Of a DNA stretch of 64,000 nt, positions 1 to 9,445 are shown piece by piece; within the stretch, counting starts at the first letter, position 1; each line of letters opens with the position of its first letter. The stretch spans positions 1,184,001 through 1,248,000 of the forward strand of contig CAWJET010000002.1 of assembly GCA_963842085.1 (NCBI GenBank), given 5' to 3'. Origin of the DNA: an uncultured delta proteobacterium. GTDB taxonomy: Bacteria > Desulfobacterota > Binatia > Binatales > Binataceae. The notes beneath the pieces were generated by a model. That model saw only the letters and a program-made list of their open reading frames with translations, did no database searches and had not been told where the DNA came from. The position numbers were made by a program, and so were the translations under genes.

Positions 1-80
1 CGCCACGTCTATAGATGCGAGTCGGGCGGTATGGACTTGCGTCGCGACATGGACTGAAATGACAGGGTGAAGCGGGATTC

Positions 81-806
81 GTGAAGCTGATGAAGAATCA
101 AACCGCGATAAATCGAAGCCTCGCTCTCGGACTCAGCGCCGGAGCAATTGCTGTGGCAATCGCAATTTCGGGATGCGCCGTCGCACCGGCGCCCATCGCG
201 CACACGCCAAACGTCGTGGCGACTCCGCAACAAGGCCAGTTGGCGGTGAGCGTTGCGGCCGCACCTACCGTCGGGGAAGTAACCCCTGTTTACGTGTCGA
301 TTGCCAATGGCACCGACGCGCCGCGCTCGGTCGTGCCAAGCCAGGTGTTCGCGGTGAACGACGCCGGCGAACGTGTCGCGCCTCTCCCGCCGGGTGAGGC
401 GGCTCGGCAGGCCGGCAGCGCCAAGGAGCTAGAGGGAGCGGTGCAAAGCGCCGCCGTCAGCGGTGTCGGGGGCGCCACCGTGGGGGCAGCCGCGGGAGCA
501 GTGGCGGGAGCTGCCGGCTCAGCTGGCGGCTGGGGCTTCGGATCTCCGGGCGCTGGCGCGCTGATCGGTAGCGCGTTCGGCGGTGGATGGGGCATATTCC
601 GCGGCGCCGAAAAAGGCCAAACGAAAGCCGACCAGCAGGCGAATCAGCAAATCGAAGCAGTCTCGCTCAAGCCCGAGGAAGTGCGCAAGGACTTCACGGT
701 GAGCGGATACGTCTTCTTCCCCAAGGGACAATACAACCAGGTCGAGATGCTGCTGGTTGATCGCGAAACCGGCGATACCGAGGTCGTCCGCGAACCCTGG
801 CACTGA
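81..806 (+). CDS. Hypothetical lipoprotein with glycine-zipper segment
   Basis: Hydrophobic N-terminus ending in lipobox-like AISG|C; GxxxGAxxGA glycine-zipper run; C-terminal SGYVFFP. Confidence 0.7.
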   Translation: MKLMKNQTAINRSLALGLSAGAIAVAIAISGCAVAPAPIAHTPNVVATPQQGQLAVSVAAAPTVGEVTPVYVSIANGTDAPRSVVPSQVFAVNDAGERVAPLPPGEAARQAGSAKELEGAVQSAAVSGVGGATVGAAAGAVAGAAGSAGGWGFGSPGAGALIGSAFGGGWGIFRGAEKGQTKADQQANQQIEAVSLKPEEVRKDFTVSGYVFFPKGQYNQVEMLLVDRETGDTEVVREPWH

Positions 807-817
807 CAACTCGCGTC

Positions 818-1867
818 TTACAGCAGCGATGAGATGATCACGATTGCGCCCTGCCCTTTCCCTTTCTCGGCCGGATCGCAAATTACCGCCTTGCTGCCAA
901 TGAACTTCATATCGGTCGGATCCATCAGACCGTCAGCAAACGGACGAGCGATCCCCTTCTCCACTCGATAAACATTACCGTCGCGTGCGTTGTCGTTCTC
1001 GGAAGCGAATTTGCCCGTATCCGCGATCATCAACTCGTCACCATATGAGCCGAAGCTCGACGGCGACCACGCGAAGCCCGACGGCCGAGTAAATCCAACC
1101 AGGTAAACTTCATCCTTCATCTTGCCGTCCGCACCGACCATGCTGATGCGTCCGACCTTCGCCGCAAAACCCCCCTTCGCGCGCATCCCGACCAGCATCA
1201 TGCCGGCCGCCTTCGAATCGGACGCCGGCGGAAAAGTAATCGTGGTCAGCTCGAACTGGACCGGTTTGTTGTAGGTACCGAACACGCTCGCCTTGCCCGA
1301 CGAGTCGATCGAGTAGATCGTGGCGTTGCCGCTGGTCGCCGCGTAGAGCTTGCCCGCGAACGGCGTCCCGGCGGCGCCAAATTCCATGTCACGGCATTCG
1401 GTCGGCGCGGCACCCGCGTCGGGCAGTTTGGCGAACGTGCTGACGGCGCCAGACTTGTCTATTCGCTCGACCTCGCACGGCCCCTTGAGATCGCCGACCG
1501 CTGCGAGCACGAAAACATTGCCCTCGTAGGACCCGAATCCCGCCGGACCGATCGCGACTCCGGCCGGGTGCTTGATCTTCGCCTTGTCCGCGAGCGCCGT
1601 AACCTTGCCGCCGAACGTGACCGAGAAAACTCCGCCCGCCTGGTCGGACACCACGATGGCGCCGTGATTGTCCTGTAGAAAGTACGGTGCGACCAAACCG
1701 GGCGCCTTGAGCGCCTTGATCTCGAACGGCACTTCCACGTCGAGCCCCGCCCCCGACGCGCGCGCGATCGAGTTGGTCAGGCTCGGCAACGCCGCAATCG
1801 CCAGGGCGGCGACGCTCAATGCTGTGGCGAAGACCGAAAAGCTACTTTTTCTTTTCGAGAAGTTCAT
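818..1867 (-). CDS. Secreted beta-propeller (NHL/SGL-like) protein
   Basis: Start reassigned to ATG 1867 (MNFSKRKSSF + signal peptide); repeated PAGVAI/PSGFAW/PTDMKF blade motifs and FGSYG/E repeats. Confidence 0.65.
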   Translation of the reverse strand: MNFSKRKSSFSVFATALSVAALAIAALPSLTNSIARASGAGLDVEVPFEIKALKAPGLVAPYFLQDNHGAIVVSDQAGGVFSVTFGGKVTALADKAKIKHPAGVAIGPAGFGSYEGNVFVLAAVGDLKGPCEVERIDKSGAVSTFAKLPDAGAAPTECRDMEFGAAGTPFAGKLYAATSGNATIYSIDSSGKASVFGTYNKPVQFELTTITFPPASDSKAAGMMLVGMRAKGGFAAKVGRISMVGADGKMKDEVYLVGFTRPSGFAWSPSSFGSYGDELMIADTGKFASENDNARDGNVYRVEKGIARPFADGLMDPTDMKFIGSKAVICDPAEKGKGQGAIVIISSLL

Positions 1868-2102
1868 CCAGTGCCTCGTTGACAACGTATTTTTCGTTCG
1901 GATCCCGGTCGTCCAGCTCGGACTTGCGGCGCGATACCCATTCCGCCAGTCCAATCGTCGCGGCCTCCTCGGGATTCGAGACCCCCATCGCCGCCGCCAC
2001 CCGCATGAGCTGCCCAAACAACTCGTCGGGCACATCGATCTGGATTTTCCTGCTCAAGCTGCCTCGGTCGATACACTTTCCGGCGATCGTTCGCTCTTCC
2101 AT
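1842..2102 (-). CDS. Small hypothetical, ribbon-helix-helix-like DNA-binding protein
   Basis: RKIQIDVPDELFGQLMRVAAAMG resembles the RHH strand-helix pattern; stop overlaps the start of the downstream gene; true start may be TTG 2057. Confidence 0.45.
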   Translation of the reverse strand: MEERTIAGKCIDRGSLSRKIQIDVPDELFGQLMRVAAAMGVSNPEEAATIGLAEWVSRRKSELDDRDPNEKYVVNEALDELLEKKK

Positions 2103-2130
2103 ATAGTCTTAGGTCGCGGCGGTCGTCAAA

Positions 2131-4122
2131 ATGAATTCCGACGTGTCATCGCCGATTAAATACGCCGGCACTGTTGTTGAGTACCTCGATCAGGGCCGGC
2201 TCAAGGCGGCTTTCGTGACCCGCGAACAGGAACGCCATCTCGCGGTGATCGATTCCGCCGGACGCGAGCGGCTGGTGCCGCGCGACCTGGTCCTGATGCG
2301 TCATCCCGATCGACGCGCCGATCGCGAAAATGTCGCCGACGCACTCGCCGGCCTGGAACGGGAGCGCGCCGAACTGGCCGCCGAACTCGATCTCCAGTTG
2401 CTGTGGGAGGTCGCGCAGGAGCAGGGCCGCAGTTTTTCCGCCGCGGAACTCTCCGAGTTGTTCTTCGGCCGGCGCTCCGACGCCGCCGCCTCCGTGATGC
2501 TCGAGGCGCTGCTGAACGATCGCACCTACTTTGTCCGCCGCCACATGGATTTCGTGCCGCGCACGCCCGACCAGGTCGAACGGCTGCGGCTCCAGAACGA
2601 TCGGATTCGGGCGCGCAGCGACGACTATCGTAAAATCCAGAAGAACCTGCGCGACGCCCTCAACGGCGCCGAGATGCCGTCCGCCGAAGAAGCGGCCGCG
2701 CTCATCGAAGAGCTGTCGCGCTATCTCAAGAACCCGTTCACGCGTAGCCGCGACATGACACAGATGCTCGCGCACGCGGCGCCCGACGTCGATCCCGCCG
2801 AAGCGGCTTTCGAGATTCTGGAGCGCCTCGGCGCGCGTCCGCGCGTTCCACGTTTCGCATTCATCGCCGGGCTCAAGGACGAATTCAGCGACGCCGCGAT
2901 GAAGGAGGCAGCCGAGGCGGTGCCCGGCCCGCGCGCAATCTCCGACGGCGGATACACCGTCACCGTCGATGACGACGACACCGTCGAGATCGACGACGCT
3001 CTCAGTTGCGAACCGCTCGCCGACGGCGGAATGCGGGTGCGCGTGCACATCGCCCTGGTTGCCGACTTCATCGTCAAGGGCGGCGCGATGGATCAGGAGG
3101 CGGCCGCGCGCGCGACCACCGTTTACCTTCCCGAAACAACCATCAGGATGCTGCCCGATCCGATTTCATGCCGCGCCGCCAGTTTGATCGCCGGCGAAGA
3201 TCGCCCCGTGATGACCACCGACGTGCGGTTGTCGGCCGACGGCGAGTTGGTCGAAGGTTCGATTTATCCCGCGCGAATTCCAATCATGCGCCGACTCGAC
3301 TACGACCAGGTCGATCGCATCCTCGAGTCGGGAACCCGCGCCGACGAGACCGCCGCGACCGTCTCTCGCCTGCACGCCGCCGCGCTCCAGCTTCGCCAGC
3401 GGCGCCGAATCGCCGGCGCGGTGCTGGTGCAGCGGCGCGAGGCGAAGGTGCGCGTGCGCGGCGACGAGGTTGAAATCACAGTGCTCGACAGCGCGTCGCC
3501 GGGTCGCACGCTGGTGGCGGAGTTCATGGTGCTGAGCAATTTCGTCGCTGCTCGCTACGCCGCCGCGAACCGGATTCCGATCATTTACCGCGTGCAGCCG
3601 CAAATTGGCGGCGGCGACCCGGCGTCGATGCGCCCGCGCCTGTCGCTGCACCCGGAATATCACGCCGGAATCGGACTCGACTTCTATGCGCAGTTGAGCT
3701 CGCCGATTCGCCGCTACGCCGATTTGGTCCTGCAGCGACAACTGCTGGGGGCGCTTAAGAATCGCGACCATGAGGCGCCGACTTACAGCGTCGATGAATT
3801 GCTTACCGTGCTCGCCGGAGCCGAGAATGCAGAAGCGTCCGGGCGTGAACTCGAACGGCGCGCCAAGCGTTACTGGATTCTCCGTTATCTCGAGCGTCAC
3901 GCGCTTGACGGGCCAATCCTCGCCTACGTCACCCGCGAAGGCCAAAGCGCGGAGCTCGCCGACTCCGTCGTGCGCGGAACCTTGCACGGCGCGCCCACCT
4001 TACCCAATCAGATGCCGATAATGGTGCAGGTGAGCCGCGTCGATCCGCTGCGCGGATGGCTCGCGTTCGACTTCGTCGGTCCCGCCGACGAAGCCTCTAC
4101 AGGCTCAATCAGAACGATCTGA
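2131..4122 (+). CDS. Ribonuclease II / RNB-domain exoribonuclease
   Basis: TVDDDDTVEIDDALS catalytic motif, VHIA, ATTVYLP, LVAEFMVL, SSPIRRYADLVLQRQL. Confidence 0.9.
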   Translation: MNSDVSSPIKYAGTVVEYLDQGRLKAAFVTREQERHLAVIDSAGRERLVPRDLVLMRHPDRRADRENVADALAGLERERAELAAELDLQLLWEVAQEQGRSFSAAELSELFFGRRSDAAASVMLEALLNDRTYFVRRHMDFVPRTPDQVERLRLQNDRIRARSDDYRKIQKNLRDALNGAEMPSAEEAAALIEELSRYLKNPFTRSRDMTQMLAHAAPDVDPAEAAFEILERLGARPRVPRFAFIAGLKDEFSDAAMKEAAEAVPGPRAISDGGYTVTVDDDDTVEIDDALSCEPLADGGMRVRVHIALVADFIVKGGAMDQEAAARATTVYLPETTIRMLPDPISCRAASLIAGEDRPVMTTDVRLSADGELVEGSIYPARIPIMRRLDYDQVDRILESGTRADETAATVSRLHAAALQLRQRRRIAGAVLVQRREAKVRVRGDEVEITVLDSASPGRTLVAEFMVLSNFVAARYAAANRIPIIYRVQPQIGGGDPASMRPRLSLHPEYHAGIGLDFYAQLSSPIRRYADLVLQRQLLGALKNRDHEAPTYSVDELLTVLAGAENAEASGRELERRAKRYWILRYLERHALDGPILAYVTREGQSAELADSVVRGTLHGAPTLPNQMPIMVQVSRVDPLRGWLAFDFVGPADEASTGSIRTI

Positions 4123-4167
4123 TCAGCCTGGCCCTTCACTCTAAGCACCTCGCAGCGACTAGTCCCG

Positions 4168-4254
4168 TGTCATTCGGAGCGCAGCGAAGAATCCCCGATC
4201 AGTGCTGGCTGTGGGGCACAGAAGCCGGGATCCTTCGCTGCCCTCAGAATGACA
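4168..4254. repeat. REP-like palindromic element (TGTCATTC...GAATGACA)
   Basis: Imperfect inverted repeat TGTCATTCGGAGCGCAGCGAAGAATCCC ... GGGATCCTTCGCTGCCCTCAGAATGACA downstream of the RNase gene. Confidence 0.75.
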
Positions 4255-4294
4255 GAATGCGAACCCTCAGCCGCGCTGCGAAGACGCAAGCGAA

Positions 4295-4513
4295 TCAGCT
4301 CTCGAGCGGCGCCGCGAGAATGCCGCGCGCATCGGCAACTGGTCCCGCGCCGCCTCCATCACTCATTGCGATGTACCAGGGCGCGACTTCGCGCAAGTGG
4401 ACGCTTGCTGCGCTCGCCGCATGACCCACTTTGGCCCGGGCGTGAGCGCCGAGCGTCGATTGAACTGCCAGCGACGCACCCATGATCAATCCCGCTATTA
4501 TAGTCAAGCGCAT
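4295..4513 (-). CDS. Small putative secreted protein
   Basis: GAGG RBS upstream of ATG 4513; signal-peptide-like MRLTIIAGLIMGASLAVQSTLGAHARA. Confidence 0.4.
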   Translation of the reverse strand: MRLTIIAGLIMGASLAVQSTLGAHARAKVGHAASAASVHLREVAPWYIAMSDGGGAGPVADARGILAAPLES

Positions 4514-4649
4514 ATATTTTTCCTCGACGCTCATGCGTCCGTGGCGACCCAAATTAGCCACGCCGGGCGCCCTCGCGGACGCCCCTCTGCGTGACTCCCC
4601 TCTTCACCCCGCGACTCCCCCCATTTTCCCCGCTACGTGCCGGCTGGTC

Positions 4650-4844
4650 CTACGCCTCTGCGAACGCGTCCTGCTCCAGACGCCACCGGTCGATCGATTC
4701 GATATTGAAGCGCCAGTCGCTGCCAACCTTGAACGCCGGCAGCCGTCCGCGCTTGAGCTGTCTGTATATCGTCGACGGATGGACCTTGAGGTAGTCCGAA
4801 AGTTCCTTAACCGTCAGTACGTGGCTGCTGTCATTTTTCAGCAT
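4650..4844 (-). CDS. Excisionase-like helix-turn-helix (HTH_17) DNA-binding protein
   Basis: VLTVKELSDYLKVHPSTIYRQLKRGRLPAFKVGSDWRF is the classic HTH_17 signature; GGGGAG RBS. Confidence 0.9.
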   Translation of the reverse strand: MLKNDSSHVLTVKELSDYLKVHPSTIYRQLKRGRLPAFKVGSDWRFNIESIDRWRLEQDAFAEA

Positions 4845-4916
4845 CTGCTAGCTCCCCTTTTCAGATCCCCTTTATTGATTCGTGTGATCACCCAAACGAC
4901 CCTTGAGGAGGCTTAA

Positions 4917-4933
4917 CGCAATCTGCGTGCCGA
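4917..4933 (-). promoter_or_regulatory. Sigma-54 (-24/-12) promoter for the HTH_17 gene
   Basis: Minus strand reads TCGGCACGCAGATTGCG, matching TGGCACG-N4-TTGC with correct GG-N10-GC spacing, about 73 nt upstream of the start. Confidence 0.7.
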
Positions 4934-5149
4934 GGGAGCGCGAGCCGAAATGTCACACGAATAAAGCGGTCTGCGGCTACGATTGAATGCCGCAGGCGGT
5001 AGGATTTTGCCACTACGCCAGAAAAATGCCGGTCTCGCCGTCAAGGGGACCCATCAATGCTCGCCGTCGCACTCCTGGGACACTCGTTGTCCGGTTTTGA
5101 CCGCGTCGCGTCTCTGCTAACTACGGGTTAACGCCTCGCCTCTTATGAT

Positions 5150-6019
5150 CTAGACCTTGCCGATTAGCTCGCGCGCGGCCTCGCGAACACCCTGGAGCAG
5201 CGCCGCTTCGTCTGCGCCGCGTTGCAGCAGGATCAGCCGGCTCACGCCGAGGTCGGCGTAGCGCTTCGCGGTATCGCGATCGACCTTCGCTCTGGGCAGC
5301 ATCGACGAAATCCTCGGGCCCGGCGTGATACTTATCTCGACGTCCTCGAAACGACGGCCCGCCTCCTTGCATGCTGCGCGCAGGCCCTCGACACATTTCG
5401 CAGTCCCGTCCAAATCCTGCGCAAACCCGTACCATCCCTTCGCGAGTCTCGCCGCGCGGCTGAACGCCTCCTTTGTGTGCCCACCGAAGACAATCTCCGG
5501 ATGCGGCTTCTGCACTGGCCGCGGCATCGCGTTGACGCCCTTGAACGAGATCCACTTGCCGGCGAACTCCGGCTGCGGCATCGACCAGAGTGCGATCATC
5601 GCCGCGAGCCATTCCTCAGATCGCGCACCCTTGTGATCGAACGGCGCGCCGATCGCGTCGAACTCCGGCTTCAGGTATCCAACGCCGATTCCGAAAATCA
5701 GCCGTCCGTTCGACAGCACGTCGGTCGAGGCAAGCTCCTTGGCGAGCACCACGGGATTGCGCTGCGGCAATATTATGATGCCGGTGCCGAGCCGAATTTT
5801 CGTCGTATGCGCTGCGATGAACGCAAGCGCGATTGCGGGATCGAGCATCGGGTAGTCCGCCGGCACTGGCGAGGGCGGCGCCTGCGGGTCGGGCAGGATC
5901 ACGTGCTCGCCCGTCCACACGCTTTCAAACCCCGCGTCTTCGGCCGCACGCGCTACTGCGGCGGCGCACTTGGGAAACGCACACGGTCCACTGTTGATTC
6001 CGAATAATCCGAATTTCAT
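5150..6019 (-). CDS. LLM-class F420-dependent oxidoreductase
   Basis: Start at MKFGL (6019); AEDAGFESVWTGEHV, IRLGTGIIILPQRNPVVLAKE, LSNGRLIFGIGVGY. Confidence 0.9.
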   Translation of the reverse strand: MKFGLFGINSGPCAFPKCAAAVARAAEDAGFESVWTGEHVILPDPQAPPSPVPADYPMLDPAIALAFIAAHTTKIRLGTGIIILPQRNPVVLAKELASTDVLSNGRLIFGIGVGYLKPEFDAIGAPFDHKGARSEEWLAAMIALWSMPQPEFAGKWISFKGVNAMPRPVQKPHPEIVFGGHTKEAFSRAARLAKGWYGFAQDLDGTAKCVEGLRAACKEAGRRFEDVEISITPGPRISSMLPRAKVDRDTAKRYADLGVSRLILLQRGADEAALLQGVREAARELIGKV

Positions 6020-6067
6020 AGACGACTGATTATCACGGCATGGTGGATTGCGGCCAGTTCCGATGCG

Positions 6068-6097
6068 TTGACGCGGCGCGCCGCGCATCATCATAAT
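6068..6097 (+). promoter_or_regulatory. Putative sigma-70 promoter
   Basis: TTGACG-N18-CATAAT upstream of AGGAGG RBS and ATG 6133. Confidence 0.5.
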
Positions 6098-6132
6098 CGC
6101 ATCGACCAGGAGGCGGTTGAGGCGGACGCGCG

Positions 6133-6684
6133 ATGAGATGTCCCCAGTGCGGTAACGACACCCAGCAAGGCGCCGCCTTTTGCTCGCGATGCGGCACGCG
6201 CATGTACGCGCCCAAGCCCGCCTCGGTGCGCGAGTATGCGCTCGCCGTGTTCCGCCCGTCGCTATGGTACTACGCCAACGGCTTCCTCGTCGGCGGAGTT
6301 TTGATCGCGTTCGGCGGGCGCTTGCTCTACGGCAAGTTCCAACAGGTCCAGGTACCGATCCAGGTCGGCTTCGCTGTAGTCGGCCTCGGCGTGCTCACGG
6401 TCATCGTCACGATGATTCGTGCCCGAACCGTCAACTGGAGCCTGACTTCGGATCGCCTGATCGAAAAGCGCGGGATAGTCGCGTCGCGCCGGCGCGAGAT
6501 GGAGCTGGCCGATATCCGCTCGGTCGAAGTCAGCAAGCGCGTCTTTCAACGGATGATCGGACTCGGCGACGTCACCATCGCGTCCGCCGCCAGCGCCGAC
6601 TATGCCATCCGTATCAACGACATCTACGACCCCGACAATGCCGCCGAGACGATTCGCAAGGCGCGCCTCAAACGGATGGCGTGA
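6133..6684 (+). CDS. Zinc-ribbon + transmembrane + bacterial PH-domain protein
   Basis: CPQCG...FCSRCG zinc ribbon, two TM helices, LTSDRLIEKRGIV...QRMIGLGDVTIASA (bPH_2). Confidence 0.8.
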   Translation: MRCPQCGNDTQQGAAFCSRCGTRMYAPKPASVREYALAVFRPSLWYYANGFLVGGVLIAFGGRLLYGKFQQVQVPIQVGFAVVGLGVLTVIVTMIRARTVNWSLTSDRLIEKRGIVASRRREMELADIRSVEVSKRVFQRMIGLGDVTIASAASADYAIRINDIYDPDNAAETIRKARLKRMA

Positions 6685-6689
6685 TCACG

Positions 6690-7316
6690 ATGAGCAAGCG
6701 GCCCGACCTGCGCTACGAACGACGCCTGTGGAAACTCGGCATCGACGCCGTCGCCGGCGTTGACGAAGCCGGCGTTGGCCCGATGGCCGGACCGGTGATC
6801 GCCGCCGCCGTCGTCTTCGCCCCCGAAACTTTCATTAGCGGCGTGCACGATTCCAAACAATTGACCCACGAGCAGCGCGAGGAACTCTTCACCCCGATTA
6901 GTGAGCGCGCCATCGCCGTCGGCGTCGGCGTCGCCGAGGTCAACGAGATCGATCGCCTCAATATATATTGGGCCACGATGTCTGCGAGCCGCCGGGCACT
7001 GTCCGCCTTGAATCACGCGCCCGGTCACGTGCTGGTGGACGGCCGCCTGATCCCCGGCCTCAAACTTCCGCAGACAAGAATTGTCGGCGGCGATCGCAAA
7101 AGTTTCTGCATCGCCGCCGCCTCGATCATCGCCAAGGTGACGCGCGACCGCATGATGGTCTCGCTCGACGCCCAATACCCCGGTTACGGCTTCGCCCAGC
7201 ACAAGGGCTACTGCACCAACGAGCATATGCAAATGCTAATCAAGCACGGCCCCTCGCCAATCCATCGCCGCTCCTTCTGGCCGGTAGCAGCGTCCGCGCA
7301 ACGCCTGCTCTTTTAG
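6690..7316 (+). CDS. rnhB: Ribonuclease HII
   Basis: AGVDEAGVGPMAGPV, DSKQL, LVDG, IAAASIIAKVTRD, HKGY, HRRSF. Confidence 0.95.
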   Translation: MSKRPDLRYERRLWKLGIDAVAGVDEAGVGPMAGPVIAAAVVFAPETFISGVHDSKQLTHEQREELFTPISERAIAVGVGVAEVNEIDRLNIYWATMSASRRALSALNHAPGHVLVDGRLIPGLKLPQTRIVGGDRKSFCIAAASIIAKVTRDRMMVSLDAQYPGYGFAQHKGYCTNEHMQMLIKHGPSPIHRRSFWPVAASAQRLLF

Positions 7317-7428
7317 CAATGGCCGGCTCGATGTCAACTGGATTTATGTTGACCGCCGTTTACCCTGAACTCCAATCGGGTTACAGTTTGACTAGGCGCG
7401 CACCCTCCGGCGTGCATGGTAACTTCCG

Positions 7429-8442
7429 ATGGCGCTCGAACGCGACAAGCATACTGCCCAGCACGCCCTGCTGACGCTCCAGGAGAGCCAGCTTCTCGAC
7501 CTCTACCGCCGCATGACTCTCATCCGCCGCTTCGAGGAGAAGACCGCCGAGATGTACAGCCGCGGCAAAATCACCGGCTTCTGCCATCTCTACGCCGGCG
7601 AGGAGGCCGTCGCCGTCGGCGCGATTTACGCGCTCTACGACAAGGATTACGTCGTCTCGACCTATCGCGAGCATGGCCACTGCCTGGCCAAGGGCGCCGA
7701 CCCGCGCGTCGTGATGGCCGAGTTGTTCGGCAAGTCCACCGGAATTTCGCACGGCCGCGGCGGCTCGATGCATCTGTTCGACCAGGACCTGCGCTTCATG
7801 GGCGGCTACGCGATCGTCGGCGGCGGATTGCCGATCGCATGCGGCCTCGCGCTCGCCGTCAGCTACAACGAAGGCCCCGAAGTCGTCTGCTGCTTTTTCG
7901 GCGACGGCGCTCTCCCGCAGGGCGCGTTCCACGAGACCCTCAACATGGCGTCGCTGTGGAAGCTGCCGCTGGTTTTCATTTGTGAGAATAATTTTTACGG
8001 GATGGGCACCCTAGTCCAGAATGCGATCAGCCAGGAAGAACTCTACCGCTTCGCCGAGCCTTACAAGATGCCGGGCGTGCGCGTGGACGGGATGGACGTG
8101 CTCGACGTTTACGGCGCCACGATGGAAGCCGTCGCTCGCGCTCGGGCCGGTGACGGGCCGTCGTTGATCGAGGCCGTCACGTATCGCTTCCGCGGCCATT
8201 CGATGTCCGATCCGGCGGAGTACCGCTCCAAGCGCGAGGAAAGAATCTGGCAGGAGCGCGATCCGATCAAGAACTTGCGCCGCCGCCTGCTGACCGAAAA
8301 GCGCGCCACCGACGCCGAGCTCGATGAAGTCGAGCACGAGGTCGCCGCAACCATCGAGGATGCAGTCAAATTCGCCGATGAAAGCCCCGAACCCTCCATG
8401 GACGAGCTCGGCAAAGGCGTTTACGCGTCCGAGGATAAGTGA
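7429..8442 (+). CDS. pdhA: Pyruvate dehydrogenase E1 alpha subunit
   Basis: GFCHLY, YREHGH, GRGGSMH, ThDP motif GDGA...ENN, YRFRGHSMSDP. Confidence 0.92.
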   Translation: MALERDKHTAQHALLTLQESQLLDLYRRMTLIRRFEEKTAEMYSRGKITGFCHLYAGEEAVAVGAIYALYDKDYVVSTYREHGHCLAKGADPRVVMAELFGKSTGISHGRGGSMHLFDQDLRFMGGYAIVGGGLPIACGLALAVSYNEGPEVVCCFFGDGALPQGAFHETLNMASLWKLPLVFICENNFYGMGTLVQNAISQEELYRFAEPYKMPGVRVDGMDVLDVYGATMEAVARARAGDGPSLIEAVTYRFRGHSMSDPAEYRSKREERIWQERDPIKNLRRRLLTEKRATDAELDEVEHEVAATIEDAVKFADESPEPSMDELGKGVYASEDK

Positions 8443-9416
8443 TGGCGCAGATCAGTTACCGCGAAGCGTTGAACCAGGCCCTGCGCGAGGAACTCGATCG
8501 CGACGAGCGCGTCTTCATCATGGGCGAGGAGGTCGGCTACTTCGGCGGCGCATTCAAGGTTACCGACGGCCTGCTCGCCGTTTACGGTGAGAAGCGCGTC
8601 CGCGACACTCCCATCTCGGAACTGACGATTGTCGGCGCAGGCATCGGCGCCGCGATGGGCGGTCTCAAACCGGTAGTCGAATTGATGACTATCAACTTCG
8701 GACTACTGGCTATGGATCAAATAGTCAATAGCGCCTCGAAAATACACTTCATGTTCGGCGGCAAGGCTACCGTGCCTGTAGTCATTCGCGCGCCGCAGGG
8801 TGGAGGACATCAGTTAGGCGCGCAGCACAGCCAGAGCCTCGAAGCGTATTTCCTGCACTCCCCCGGGCTCCGCGTGGTTATTCCCGCCACGCCCGCCGAC
8901 GCCAAAGGACTGCTGAAAACCGCGATTCGCCAGGTCGATCCCGTGATGTTCCTCGAACACGAGTCACTCTACGGTGTCAAGGGCGAAGTCCCCGAAGATC
9001 CCGAGTTCACGGTGCCGTTCGGCAAGGCGAATGTAATCCGCGAAGGTAAGGACGTGACTATAGTCACTTACTCGAAATGCGTATACGACGCGATCGCCGC
9101 CGCCGAAGCGCTCGAGAACTCGGGCATCGACGCCGAGATAGTCGATCTCAGGACGTTGAACCCGCTCGACATGGCGACCGTGGTCGCGTCGGTGAAAAAG
9201 ACCGGCCGCGCCATCGTCGTTTACGAAGGCTGGCGCACGGGCGGCGCCGGCGCTGAAATCGCCGCGCAGATTCACGAGGCCGCCTTCGACTCGCTCGATG
9301 CGCCTGTCGTCCGCGTCGCCGCGCTCGACACTCCTATGCCATATAACCGGCATCTCGAGCACGCTTCGCTGCCAAGCGCCGGCGATATAGTGAAGGCGGC
9401 GGAGCAGTTGACGTAG
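8442..9416 (+). CDS. pdhB: Pyruvate dehydrogenase E1 beta subunit
   Basis: GEEVG, DTPISE, AQHSQSLEA, DLRTLNPLD; overlaps the pdhA stop. Confidence 0.92.
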   Translation: MAQISYREALNQALREELDRDERVFIMGEEVGYFGGAFKVTDGLLAVYGEKRVRDTPISELTIVGAGIGAAMGGLKPVVELMTINFGLLAMDQIVNSASKIHFMFGGKATVPVVIRAPQGGGHQLGAQHSQSLEAYFLHSPGLRVVIPATPADAKGLLKTAIRQVDPVMFLEHESLYGVKGEVPEDPEFTVPFGKANVIREGKDVTIVTYSKCVYDAIAAAEALENSGIDAEIVDLRTLNPLDMATVVASVKKTGRAIVVYEGWRTGGAGAEIAAQIHEAAFDSLDAPVVRVAALDTPMPYNRHLEHASLPSAGDIVKAAEQLT

Positions 9417-9445
9417 GCTCACTCACTTTCTTTGGGTGGGAAATC

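Noticed and set aside
4650-4844. Prophage signalled by the excisionase-like gene
   Set aside because: No integrase, att site or phage genes nearby.
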